Of a stretch of 64,000 nucleotides of DNA, positions 51,974 to 64,000 are shown piece after piece. Made by a program: the position numbers and the translations under genes. The notes under the pieces are model-generated. The model was not told the DNA's origin and did no database searches. It saw only the letters and a list, made by a program, of their open reading frames with translations. Position 1 is the first letter of the stretch; each line of letters opens with the position of its first letter. Origin of the DNA: the human T2T-CHM13v2.0 reference genome, Homo sapiens; NCBI RefSeq assembly GCF_009914755.1, contig NC_060925.1; one strand, given 5' to 3'.

Positions 51974-52664
51974 TAGTTCCTATTATGATGTCCATTTGAC
52001 AGATGAACAAACTGAGGTGCAGAAGTCCCACAACTGATGCTAGGAATGAAATCCAAGCCTGCCTGACTCCGGAGCCAGTGTTGTTAACTGTTCTACTACA
52101 CTGCTTTCATAGCTCGTTTGTATCAGGCTGTTCTAAATTGACTTTAAAAGCAATAATTTCCTCAAAAAGGAAAAATAAAAGTAAAAACCAAACAAAAAAT
52201 GTATGTGTGCAGATGTGTAGTTGTGATCTACTCTGAGCATGACACCCAAATCAGAAGGGAAGTTACCACTCTTAGCCAGGTGCTTCCACCCAGGTAAGAT
52301 CATTGATTCTTCCCAACAGCTCTGAGAGGTGAGTGTCTTAGGGACATGACATCATTACCCGAGGCCACTGAGGAACCAGGACTCTGTGGAACAATGGCTG
52401 ATGCCACATATGGGACTGGAAGTGTGCAAGATGGGCTGGAAAAGTTCACAGGAACTAATTTGAAGGTCACCCACTGGCTAAAGATAGGGTGATTTGGCAT
52501 TAAAGAAAAAATTGGTGAGTTGAAACACATCAAATATGTTTAAAATTCTTTGGTGTTTAATATAGTACCAACTCATTCTGAAAACTGGTAAACAAAGGAA
52601 ACAAAACCCCAAGTAATTGTCTTCTTTCCTGGGCAAATGGTTGATGAGGGAAAGGTTTTATCTT

Positions 52665-53129
<465 letters not shown>

Positions 53130-53262
53130 TATGTTTTTTATAGAAGAATTCCAACTAACAAATGCCAAAGGGATAGCAGAATTAGAAAAACACCTGTTCT
53201 GCCGCCCCTAATTATAGTGTGGATCTCAGCAATGATCATCAATGACCACTGAAACGATCAGG

Positions 53263-53997
53263 TAAAATGCTGAACTTTGTAATGAATGATTAAAGCCAAG
53301 AACTCCAAACCCACCCAGCAGTCTTAACATTACCAATAGAGAGGCACCAGCATTATCTGCCTCCTGACAGGATGCAACAAGAAGTACCCAGCACCACCTA
53401 GGAAGTATTTTTGCCACAAAATCAGACCTCCAGATCTAACTACCATTTTATAGGAAAGATAAGTTCAGAGAACCATGTCAAATGACACCTCGGGATTTCA
53501 ACCAGCAACGTTCAAATGTGCTAAACTCTGTAGATGGAAAGAGACTTACAGACATTTCAAATAAATGCAATATATGGGCCTTGCTTGAATCCTAATACAA
53601 ACAATCCAACTACAAAAACAGCCAAACATTTGTGGGACAATGGGAGATGCTTGAATTCCGATTGTATATTTAAGGATGTTAGAAATATTTATGGACAAAA
53701 TGATGTAATGCTCGGAATTTGCTTCAGAATGATCCAGGTACAGCATGTGGAGCTGGAGAGAGGAGTGGGCAGCAGTGTAGATAAACAGGCCTGGCCGTGT
53801 GTGGATGGGTTGTCAGGGCTGAGTGGAGTTGCAAAGGGATTTATTATACCATGATCTCTGCTTGTGCATATGTTTGGAGATTTTCATAATCAAATGTGAA
53901 AATTTTTGATTTTCATAATCAAAAATCAATACAAAATATGAATGTATAACGTAATTCCTCCATCATGACGGTGGTGGGAGTGGTGTGTATGTGTGAA

Positions 53998-54031
<34 letters not shown>

Positions 54032-54181
54032 ATTCTCATGTTCTGTTTGGTCTTAATTCAAGTTGCAACCCTGGAAACAGCTACATTCTCTGGAAAATAA
54101 CTTTTTGTAGGTGTAAAGAATGCCCCAGCCTAACATATTCAAGGTCTGTCAGACAGGCAGGCACAGACACAAGGCCCCTCC
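53263..54181 (-). other. CTSE: CTSE 3' UTR (distal end approximate), with (TG)n at ~53999-54030; candidate PAS AATAAA at 53845-53840 and variant ATTACA at 53283-53278
   Basis: Downstream of TAA; motifs seen in sequence; actual cleavage sites not verified. Confidence 0.55.
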
Positions 54182-54556
<375 letters not shown>

Positions 54557-55096
54557 TTATGGGCCTGGGGTCTATGTTCTACAATTTTGAGAACTGTTCA
54601 TCTGTTATATACTCCCACCTACCCCTGTCACCATCATTTTACAACTGGGAAACCCTTGCTGCATGGCTAGAAGAGCAAAAGGGTTGGCACCGGAAGACCT
54701 TGGTTTAAATTCTGGTTTCTTTAGTTTCTAGTGAAGCTCAGCTTAGTTTTTGTTAAGGGAGAGAAAGAACTGTGTTAGTGGCTATCCACTGCTATTTTCT
54801 TGTTGATGTTCTGGAAACAAACATTTGAGTGACCCCCTTTAGATGAGGCAAGTAGGCATTCCTTGTTCAAGAGAAGAGTGTCACCTTCTCCAATCTAATT
54901 TTTAGTTTGGCAAAGACGTGCTCTACCAGGCAAGTGTGGTCTTTCCAACAATGATTTGAAATGTGAAGTTGCTGATGAGGGTGTGGGAAAATTTGCAGAG
55001 GGCTCAGGGAGACTTCTTGAGAGGAAGGACGTGAAAAGTCAAAATTTTTACAGCAGTTTTGATGGATCAAGGTGGCTCTGATTGAAATCTGCTGGT

Positions 55097-55351
55097 GGGA
55101 AAGAACCACTCACTGTACTGCGAAAGAACCAGCACAAGACCTTGTGATCCACCCGCCTCGGCCTCCCAAAGTCCTGGGATTACAGGTGTGAGTCACCATG
55201 CCCGGTCAGGTCATGATCTTCTAAAATGATCTTCTAAAAGAACCACTCACCATACCGGGAAAGAACCACGCACCTCCCCTCCCCTGGCTTCTAGGAAACT
55301 CCCACTCTTTTTTGGGCTCTCCAGCGCCTGGAGCACATCAGTGATTTCCAC
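55097..55351. repeat. Mosaic of segments duplicated from CTSE intron 6, with ~37-bp direct repeats
   Basis: 55138-55230 matches 56923-57015; 55271-55351 matches 56675-56756. Confidence 0.8.
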
Positions 55352-56306
55352 CTGGGCAGGGACTCAACTCACGTGGGGGAAGGTGAGAGTGTGGGTGTGC
55401 TGGGGTGTTGATGGGCATGTGGACTGATGAACAGGGCTCAGTCTAAATGTCTCACTGGTCCTCAGTGTGGTGTTCAGAGTGGCAGCTCCATAATCCCTAT
55501 GTGGCAGGAGCTTAGGGGACTTACCATGAAGCTGTGTTTTAAAGCAAACATTTGTTTTTATTTGGATTGTCTGTTGGTGGCTTTGGGAAGGAGTTAATAG
55601 AGGCTTAGGGGTAGGGCTGAAGCCCTCAGTCTATACCTTAGCACCCCTCTTCTGATGCAGTCACCCTGATGCTGTGAGTGACTCTTGGAAAAATTAGTGT
55701 GTTGAAGTGTGGTGCCGAATACCTAGAATGCTGAAAATTCAGACCAACTGTGGTGTGAGGTGCTCATAGGTGTCCAAAAGGTCTGGGAGTTCCCTTTCTA
55801 CTTCACCCTACAAACTTGAGAATTTACTGCAACAAAAGACATTTTCTTGCTAGAGGAGGAATGTTAATTTGAAGTTAGAACAAATATAATCTTATTCTCC
55901 ACTCCTCCCTGCAAACAGCTCATATCTTGAACCATTTATTTGACTCTCTGAGTCTTGATATTCTCACCTATAAAATGAGATAGTAATAGCTCCAGTCTGA
56001 CCTGGTGGTTGAGGAGATTAAACTTTGTCAGTGGAAAAGCCCTACATGGCAATATCAGAAGACTTCCTTAAATGGCTTGCCTGAAGTTCACTACTGCTTC
56101 ATGGCAGAACTGGAAATTAGAGCAAGCCCCGTGGTCTTTCCACCACAGGCAGCTGTGTCCCTCCCAGAGGGAATGCCACATGAGAGCAGAACAACGTGGG
56201 GCGGGGCTTAGGGTAAAGGCGGGCAAAGTGCAGGCGATTGAAAAGGGGAAGTGGCAGGCATGTGGGGAGGGCCCTGTGGCCTGCAGAATAAGGAAACAGT
56301 TCTTAC

Positions 56307-56405
56307 CAGTAGGGTGTAGGCAGTTGGGCTGAGGGTATAGGGGACTCCGTTAATGGTGAAGGTGACATCCGGCATGACGTTAAGGTTGGCACACTCCACA
56401 GCATA
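56307..56405 (-). CDS. CTSE: CTSE exon 8 ([33 protein letters not shown])
   Basis: AG at 56406-56407, donor CTG|GTAAGA; 99 nt. Confidence 0.97.
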
Positions 56406-56506
56406 CTAAAACCCAATACGGAGGATCCGTTTAGAGCCTTGCCACCTCCCAAGAGAAGGCCTGGCTCTCCTGTCCCCACCACTCCCTTGCGCAGGCAGGC
56501 ACTCAC

Positions 56507-56648
56507 TTCTCCATCCACGGGGGCTGCCCCAATGGCGTTTTGCAGCTGCTTAATCTTGTCGGAAGGGCCAGTGATGAGGGAAGTCCCTGTGTCCACAATG
56601 GCCTGGCAGCCCTCGGAGCAGAACATAACAGTGCCTCCCACCTGGATG
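56507..56648 (-). CDS. CTSE: CTSE exon 7 ([47 protein letters not shown]; second catalytic Asp, DTG)
   Basis: AG at 56649-56650, donor GAA|GTGAGT; 142 nt. Confidence 0.97.
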
Positions 56649-57770
56649 CTGAGGGGACAGGGTTGTGGTCGGCCCACCTTCCCTCCCCCGGCTCCTAGGA
56701 AACTCCCACTCTTTTTTGGCCTCTCAAATGCCTGGAGCACATCAATGATTTCCACCCACCATATGAGTGTTCCTCAATTGTTTTCTACTGAGATCCATAG
56801 GAAGAAATCTGTTTACTTCTTGACCCAGTGCACACACACACACATTCATGCAATTGAAGTGCACTCTGGTATTTTCTACTGTATTCCAATTCGTCTAAAA
56901 AATGTAGGTGTCTCAATCTCTTGACCTTGTGATCCACCTGCCTCGGCCTCCCAAAGTCCTGGGATTACAGGTGTGAGCCACCACACCTGGTCAGGTCAGG
57001 ATCTTCTAAAATGATGTCATGACCCATAAATAGGTGAATTCCTACAGTTTGAAAAACTCTGAATAGACAGTGAGCATTGAGGCCTTTTATTTTTTGCATT
57101 CCTAATGCCTGGTACCTTGCAGGAACTCAATCCTAGCTGAATTGAAACTTGAACTACACTTTTCCAATTCCTGCATTGTCTAGCACGGCGCTAGGTATGA
57201 GGCAGGCATGTAGTCCCACTTCCCCAATTGCTTCGTGCCCAGATATTGTATATATTTCCTGGCTCAGTTTCAATGTAACCCCCTCCATGATGCACTGGAG
57301 CATTCAGATAGAAGCGGTCATGCCTGTCTGCTGGACCACATTGGTGGCACCTCTCTTGGAGCACTGACCACCTTCCATTTTACAGGATAGTGGTTTGGGT
57401 GCATCTCATCTTCTGTACAAGTTTTTTGAGGACAAGATCTGAGCCCAATTCACCTGTGCAACCCCCCATGTTACTCATCCCTTGCCTTGTGTGTTAATGT
57501 TAAAAGAACAAAGGGGAGCAGGCTGTGCACTGGTATTGACTGTATGTTGAGTTAAAAGCACGCCATGTGTACAAGGAAGGAAGCTGTGTCTGCTGCCCTG
57601 GTTACAGAGGTCCCTTCCTGCACACTTGCTCAGCACCTCCATACCTCCAACCACAGTAAGCTTCTGGCATCCTCTGCTAGTGACCAGTGGTTTTTCAGTT
57701 AAATCGGTTTGAGTTGTGCCTCTTTTCAGTTTACCCCTAGTACTGTCACTACTTCATGGGGAATACTCAC

Positions 57771-57893
57771 TTATCCAGTGCAATCTGCCAGTAAGCTTGC
57801 TTGGTGACTGGGACCCAATTCAGGCTCCCAGAGAAATGGGAGTGGTCGTAGCCTCCAAAAATCAGCTCGCTCCCCGCACCACCTTCTGGGTTA
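57771..57893 (-). CDS. CTSE: CTSE exon 6 (NPEGGAGSELIFGGYDHSHFSGSLNWVPVTKQAYWQIALD); not shown in the ORF track
   Basis: AG at 57894-57895, donor TAA|GTGAGT; 123 nt; hand translation. Confidence 0.95.
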
Positions 57894-59119
57894 CTACATG
57901 GAGAGAAAGACAAACTGTCCAGGAAGGGCCACTGCAAAACTCTAGGGGTGAGCCTCAGCTAGGACCCTTTGCTTCTTGGTCTCATGCCAAGCACACAGGT
58001 AGGCAGAAACATCAGTCTGGGCTTTGAGACCGGGACTCTGACTACTGCAAGTGAATTGGTCTGGGCCTTTTTGACACAAGGTTAGAAACAACTCCCCTTG
58101 ACCATTTGTGAATGTGTTTCTGCTTCTTGGATAAAAAGGTTAAGGAGGTGGGAAATGGGGCCAGCAGGTCTGTCATTCAGAACCAAGGCCAGGACCATCC
58201 TGGGTGGGTATACACTGTGTGGCTTGAAGCAACCCCCAAAGACACCTTTTCCCAAAGTATCTTCCCCACTATGGTTGTGACAGTGCCTGGCGTTTTTGTG
58301 TTATTCACTCCTTATGTTAAGGCAAAGAGGCTAATATGAATGTATCATGACTTACTAGAGCCTGAAAACTTATTTTCATTGGTATTGATTTCTCAGATTA
58401 TGTTCTGGAACCTAGCAGGACTCTGGAGAAATAGGACCTAAGACAGATTCATTTTGAGGAGGAAAAGGATCAGAAAGATACAAAACTGAAATCAGGGTGG
58501 TAAAGAGGGAGAGGAGTGAATACCTGTAGGAATTTTAGGACAGTGGTTTTACAGAGGGAGTGGGGAAAGGAACTCACATTTGTTGATTACCTTGGTGCAA
58601 GGCCGTGTAGTGGGGATTTTATCTGTCTAAACTTATTTAACTCACATCAACCTAGTGGTCCGTGGAAGAAACTGAGCCTCAGTGAGATGAAGCAATGTAA
58701 GTGGCAGGATTCAAATCCAGGCCAGTCTGACTGCCAAGCCTTGATATTCTCCATTACAGCCCACTTTTCCCAGGCGACGGGAGAAGGAAGTTCTGCAAGG
58801 GGAAGCAGAGGTGTCTAGACAACTTGCCTCTCTTACTCACAGCTCTTCCTAGGCCTGGTCCTGAGTGCTGTCATGCTGGAGAGGAAACATAGCTTGATAG
58901 GGAAAATCCAGGACCCTCCATGTGGGAGAGGGGAATGAGAGGAATGGGCTTATGCTGAAACAGTGTGAACGCAGGCCAGGTCTGAGCTGGAAAAAGTCAG
59001 CAAGGTCAGAAATCACCTTCCTGTGTAAGGAGGAAGAGGAGATGACCCTCCAAGGATGCCGGGCAAGAGTGCCTAGAAACAGGTGAGCCTCATGACCTTT
59101 TCCAAAAACAATGTGCAAT

Positions 59120-59540
59120 TTTTAAAAATTGTTGTAAAAATATGTCACATAAAATGTACTATCTTACCCATTTTTGAGTCTACAATTCAGTAGTGTTAAG
59201 TATGTTCACACTGTTGTAAAATCCAGACCTTTCATTTTACAGAACTGGAACTTTATACCCATTAGGCCATCAACAACGGTTTAAGAATTCCTCACTTCCC
59301 CTCCCCAGGCTCTGGCAACTGGCAGTCTACTTTCTGCCTATGAATTTGACTAGTCTAGGTACCTCACCTAAGTGGAATCATACAGTATTTGTCTTTTTGT
59401 GACTAGCTTATTTCACTTAGCATTATGTCCTCAAGTTTCTTCTATGTTGTAGCATGTCTCAGAATTTTCTTCCTTTTTAAGGCTGAATAATATTTGATTA
59501 TTTGGATATGCCACATTTTGTTTATTCATCCATCAGCATG
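59120..59540 (-). mobile_element. L1MB-type 3' fragment
   Basis: aagtggaatcatacagtatttgtctttttgtgactagcttatttcacttagcattatgtcctcaag. Confidence 0.8.
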
Positions 59541-59930
59541 CAATTATTTTATTGTCAGCTTTTCATTTTTTTCTGCCTCCTCCTCCTGCAGGTACTGTCT
59601 TTCTTGTTTCACTGGGTCCCCAGTGTGAGCATCATAATCAGCATATAATAGGAGCTTGATATTTAGTGACAGCATCAATGAAGAACCAATCCCAGAGATT
59701 CCTTAAATTTAAGCCAGTGTGGTAGAGTTTACAAAGTGTTTTTACAGCTACTTGATGAAGCAAATCCCATTTCCTCAATATTCAGAGAGGTTAAATGTTT
59801 TGACTAAGATCACACAGCTGGTAATGGACCAAGCTACCTAAACCAGGTCTTTTGACTGCTAAGTCAAGTGTATGTGTTGTCTCCCTGTAGTTATAACTGA
59901 CTTTAACCTCACAGACTTGATGGGCCTTAC

Positions 59931-60130
59931 CTGCTCATGTAGACAGAAAACATCGGCAAGTCCACCAGGTTCTGAGCCATCATGTTGTCAAATACTGGAG
60001 TCACTCCTCCCACAGCCAAGGAGGGGTATCCCAGGCCCAGAATTCCATCAAACTCTGCATCCACAAAGGTCTGGCCTGGCTCTGTGACACTTTCTCCAAA
60101 CTGCTGGCCAACCACGGTTAGTCCTTCCAC
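59931..60130 (-). CDS. CTSE: CTSE exon 5 (VEGLTVVGQQFGESVTEPGQTFVDAEFDGILGLGYPSLAVGGVTPVFDNMMAQNLVDLPMFSVYMS)
   Basis: AG at 60131-60132, donor CAG|GTAAGG; 200 nt; FDGILGLGYP aspartic-protease motif; exons 1-4 lie outside the window. Confidence 0.97.
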
Positions 60131-61246
60131 CTGGTAGGAGAAAGCCCACAGGAGAACAGGAGAATGGCACAGGGGATTGCTGGCAAAGGGTTTGACTCCT
60201 GGATTTTCCTCTGTCTTGAAGCTAATGCCTCTCCTTCCCAACTTTCCTTGACTAAATGAGCACAAAGATGCTTGCTATATTCCCAAAAAACAGGACATTC
60301 CAAACCTCAGAAGCCCTCATGCACCTGCCAATCATTGCGCCCCTCCTCAAGAAGAGCCAGTCTCCTGACTTCTAATAACATATATTGGTTTTGCCTATTT
60401 TTTGGATTTTATATAAATGGAATCATCCCATATGAACTCTTTGGTATCTGGCTTCTGTCACTCATCATGTGCTTATTGTACACTGTTTTTTTGTAACTTG
60501 TTTCAGAAAATTTTGCCTACCTTAAGGTCATGAAAACATTTTCTCATGTTTTCTTCTAAAAGCTTTATTGTTTACTTTTCACATTGCGATCTGGAACCTA
60601 TATGAAATGTGATAATGTGTAAGGTAGGAATTAAGATTTATTTTTTTCTATCTGGATATTCATATGACCTGGCACTATTTAATAAATATACCATCATTTC
60701 CTCCACATACTGCAGTATCTTGTTCAACGCAAGTCAGATGACTGTGTTGATAGTTTTGTATTTTCTGTTCTGTTACATTTGTTTATTTTTTAAATTCTGT
60801 GCCAACACCACACGTCTACATTACTGTAACTTTATAATAAATCTTAATATTTACCAGTGTTTTTCTTCAGCAAGATTGTATTGGTGTATTACATATCCAT
60901 ATAAATGTTAGAATCAGTTTGCTAATGTCTAAGAAAAAATGCTGTTGTTTTGATTGGAATAAAATTGGTTGTATAGACCAATTTGAAAAAATTTGACTTT
61001 TTAATGAAACAGAGTCATTCAATCTATGAGCATGGTTTAGTTTTCAATACAGGTCTTCTTTTAATTTTATTCATTAATGTTTGTGATTTTTATGCAAGTC
61101 TTTTACTTTTATTTAGTAATGTTTGCTATTATCAGAGTAGAGTTCTCGCACATTTTTTGTTAAATTTACATCAAAGTAGCTGATGGTTTTGATAGTATTA
61201 TAAATAGTGTCATTAAAAATCTATTTGCCATTTGTTTTACTTGCTA

Positions 61247-61480
61247 CAGGTTGAGCATCACAAATCTGAAAATCTGAAACTGAAGTGCTTCAAAATCCAA
61301 AACTTTTTGAGTGCCAACATGAGGCTCAAAGAAAATGCTCATTGGAGCATTACAGATTATGGATTTTCAGATTTGGGATACTAAACTGGTAAGTATAATG
61401 CAAATATTTCAAAATCTGAAAAAATTTGAAATCTAAAAGGCTTCCGGTCCCAAGCATTTGGGATAAGGATCCATAACCTG
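61247..61480 (+). mobile_element. Tigger4a/MER46A-like MITE
   Basis: TA-caggttgagcatc...ggtcccaagcatttgggataagg...aacctg-TA. Confidence 0.8.
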
Positions 61481-61489
61481 TATATATAA

Positions 61490-61775
<286 letters not shown>

Positions 61776-63105
61776 CCCAGATGATTTTTTTTATGTTGAC
61801 CTCATATCCAGCAACTTCGCTAAGTTCACATATTAATCCCAATATCCTTTCTGTAGATATTTTTGGATTTTCTACTTATGGAATCTTGTCATACATTAAT
61901 ATTGACAGAGTTATTTCTTCCTTTTCCATCTTAATGTTCTTTATTTCTTTTTTCTTGCCTTGTTGCACTGGCTAGGATTTTCAGTACAATGTTGAATAGA
62001 AGTGGTGAGATTGAGTGTCCTTGTCTCATTCTTGATCTTATGGAGAAGTCTCTCGACAATTCACCATTAAGTATAAAGTTTGCTGTGGGCTTCTTTTAGA
62101 TGAAGTCCTTCATTTTTATCAGATTAAGGGAGTTACTTTCTACTCCTAGTTTGCTAAGAGTTTTTCTTGAAGTCATGAATAGATATTGAATGTTATTAAC
62201 CTACTAATATAATCATATTGGTCATATGATTTTTCTCCTTTTATTCTGTTAAATGATAAATTCCTGGAAAGATGACCCTTGGTATGATCTTTTTATATAC
62301 CAAAAGATTTTATTTGCTAGTATTTCATTTAGAACTTTTGCATCTATATTCATGAGAGAAGAGATTGGTCTGTAATTTTATATTTTCTTTTGTTATAATG
62401 TCCTTTTCAAGTTTCATTATTAAAGTTATGCTGGTTTCATAAAATGAGTTATAAAGTGTTTTTACTTTGTCAAATATCTGGAAGAGTTTGTGAAAGACTG
62501 ATTTTTTTTAGTGTTGAGACAATTTATCAGTGAGGCTTTTCTTCGTGGAGTTTTCTTTGTGGAAAGATTTTTTAATAACAGAGTATATCTTTAAAAGATT
62601 CACATTTTCTATTTTTTGTTTTTGCATCAGTTTTGGTATGCTGTATTTCTCAAGGCATTTGTTGATTTTCTGAAAATTGTAAAATTTATCAATATAAAAT
62701 TATTCTTGATAACTTTACTAACGTTCTCTTTCTCATTTCTAACATTGTTAAGTTGTATTTTCTTTCTTTTTTCTTATTTAGTCATGTGAGAGGCTAACCA
62801 ATTTTATTACTCTTTGCAAAGAGTTCATTCTTGGCTTTGTTAATTTTCTGTACTGTGTGATTTCTCTATTTCATTTGTGTCCCATTCTACTCTTTATTAT
62901 TTCCTTCCTTTTGATTTCTTTGGGTTTGATTTGCTATTGTTTGTTTACGGTTTGCTCATTTTCTTGTTATTCATTTCTTGAAATAGGAGCTTAGATAATT
63001 GATCATTAGCATTTCTATTAACAACGCATGCATTTTAGGCTAAATGGTCCCTTTAAGGGCTGCATCAGCTTCATCTACAAATTTTCACATGTCATATCTT
63101 TATTA

Positions 63106-63570
63106 TGTCAGTCAGGGTTTGATAAGAGAAGCAGAACCATTAGGAGGTACTATAGATTATAGATATAGCTATAATGATGTGGATATAGATATTGATTATA
63201 TGCAACTGTGGGTGCTAGTTAAACAGTGTACTTTAGGATACTGTTTCTGTCCTGATGCTGCAGCAGCAGTCTACAGTTTGCACAGCAGAAAGGGAAGATA
63301 GATGTCAAGTGGGAGAAAAAGGGCCAGTTGGAACCCATGAGGGTGAGGGTGGACTGGAACCCACATTGTTCTCTCACTGTCCCCAAGTCTCCAGCCTCAA
63401 TGATGGGGATGTTATGCAGCAAAAGCTGATGATTTGTTAGAGGTAAGTGCACACCTGGTCCTGGAGCCAGAAAAACTGAGGGAAGGAGCAATGCAGCTGA
63501 CATTGCTGTGGGCTTGGCTGCTGCCCTACACCAGCCAGGTGAGCCAACAGATACGTGACAAGCTATAGGC
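63106..63570. mobile_element. Degraded MLT-type LTR fragment
   Basis: gtcagggtttgataagagaagcagaaccattagga resembles MLT LTR termini. Confidence 0.4.
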
Positions 63571-63674
63571 TTGAATTCCCCTTTCTATGCTAATTTCAGT
63601 CCCTTCCCTGCATCTCAGAGGTTACTGTGATGATCAGTTAGGGATGTAGCCTTCAAAATAGTCATTTTAACTTT

Positions 63675-64000
63675 TATATATATATTATATGTAATTAGAT
63701 ATATAATATATATGTATATGTCATAATATATATAGAATCTTATATATAACATAATATATACACATTACATATATATTTTGTTAATCTATTATATAATAGA
63801 TTAACATATTATGTAATATATTATGTTAATCTATTATATAATAGGTTAATCTATTATATAATAGATTAACATAATATATTATGTAATATATTATTACATA
63901 CAACATATTAATATATTATATAACACATACTATATTATTAATATAATACATTATATCAATTATATTCTATAATATATTATATATTATATAACATATATTA
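63675..64000. repeat. AT-rich (TA)n-derived repeat with palindromic units; runs off the window edge
   Basis: gttaatctattatataatag recurs at 63780, 63825 and 63845. Confidence 0.9.

Noticed and set aside
60131-60265. N-terminal extension of the CTSE exon 5 ORF (...LLWAFSYQ)
   Set aside because: This is the polypyrimidine tract and acceptor of intron 4; there is no nearby upstream AG to include these codons

Overview
Mammalian, primate-type genomic DNA (Alu, L1PA, THE1), recognisable as the human RAB7B-CTSE locus (chr1q32.1; identification is from recalled protein sequences, not a database search). Two genes lie on the minus strand. The complete RAB7B CDS was rebuilt by hand from 5 coding exons (53+127+216+126+78 = 600 nt, 199 aa, all GT-AG), with a probable non-coding first exon near 47.3 kb and an AATAAA at 20808. 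The 3' half of CTSE (cathepsin E; exons 5-9) is also present, with exons 1-4 lying beyond the right edge. The first ~16 kb is intergenic and rich in MIR, L2 and MER5 relics. Two long CA-rich tracts (2.9 kb and 1.1 kb) bracket RAB7B and produce spurious His/Thr ORFs. The most interesting inference is an apparently complete TATA + Kozak ATG + strong donor unit inside RAB7B intron 4 that would splice in frame to give a 74-aa, GTPase-less but still prenylatable mini-RAB7B. Other notable items: a second TATA first-exon candidate and a sense THE1 LTR in intron 1, a G-rich VNTR beside the skippable exon 5, a MYB-motif 35-bp VNTR, a POU-octamer cluster, a shuffled templated-insertion mosaic in CTSE intron 8, a dual-frame CTSE 3' end and an AT-rich palindrome. 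No prokaryotic-type systems (CRISPR etc.) are present. Repeat subfamily names are by eye and approximate.
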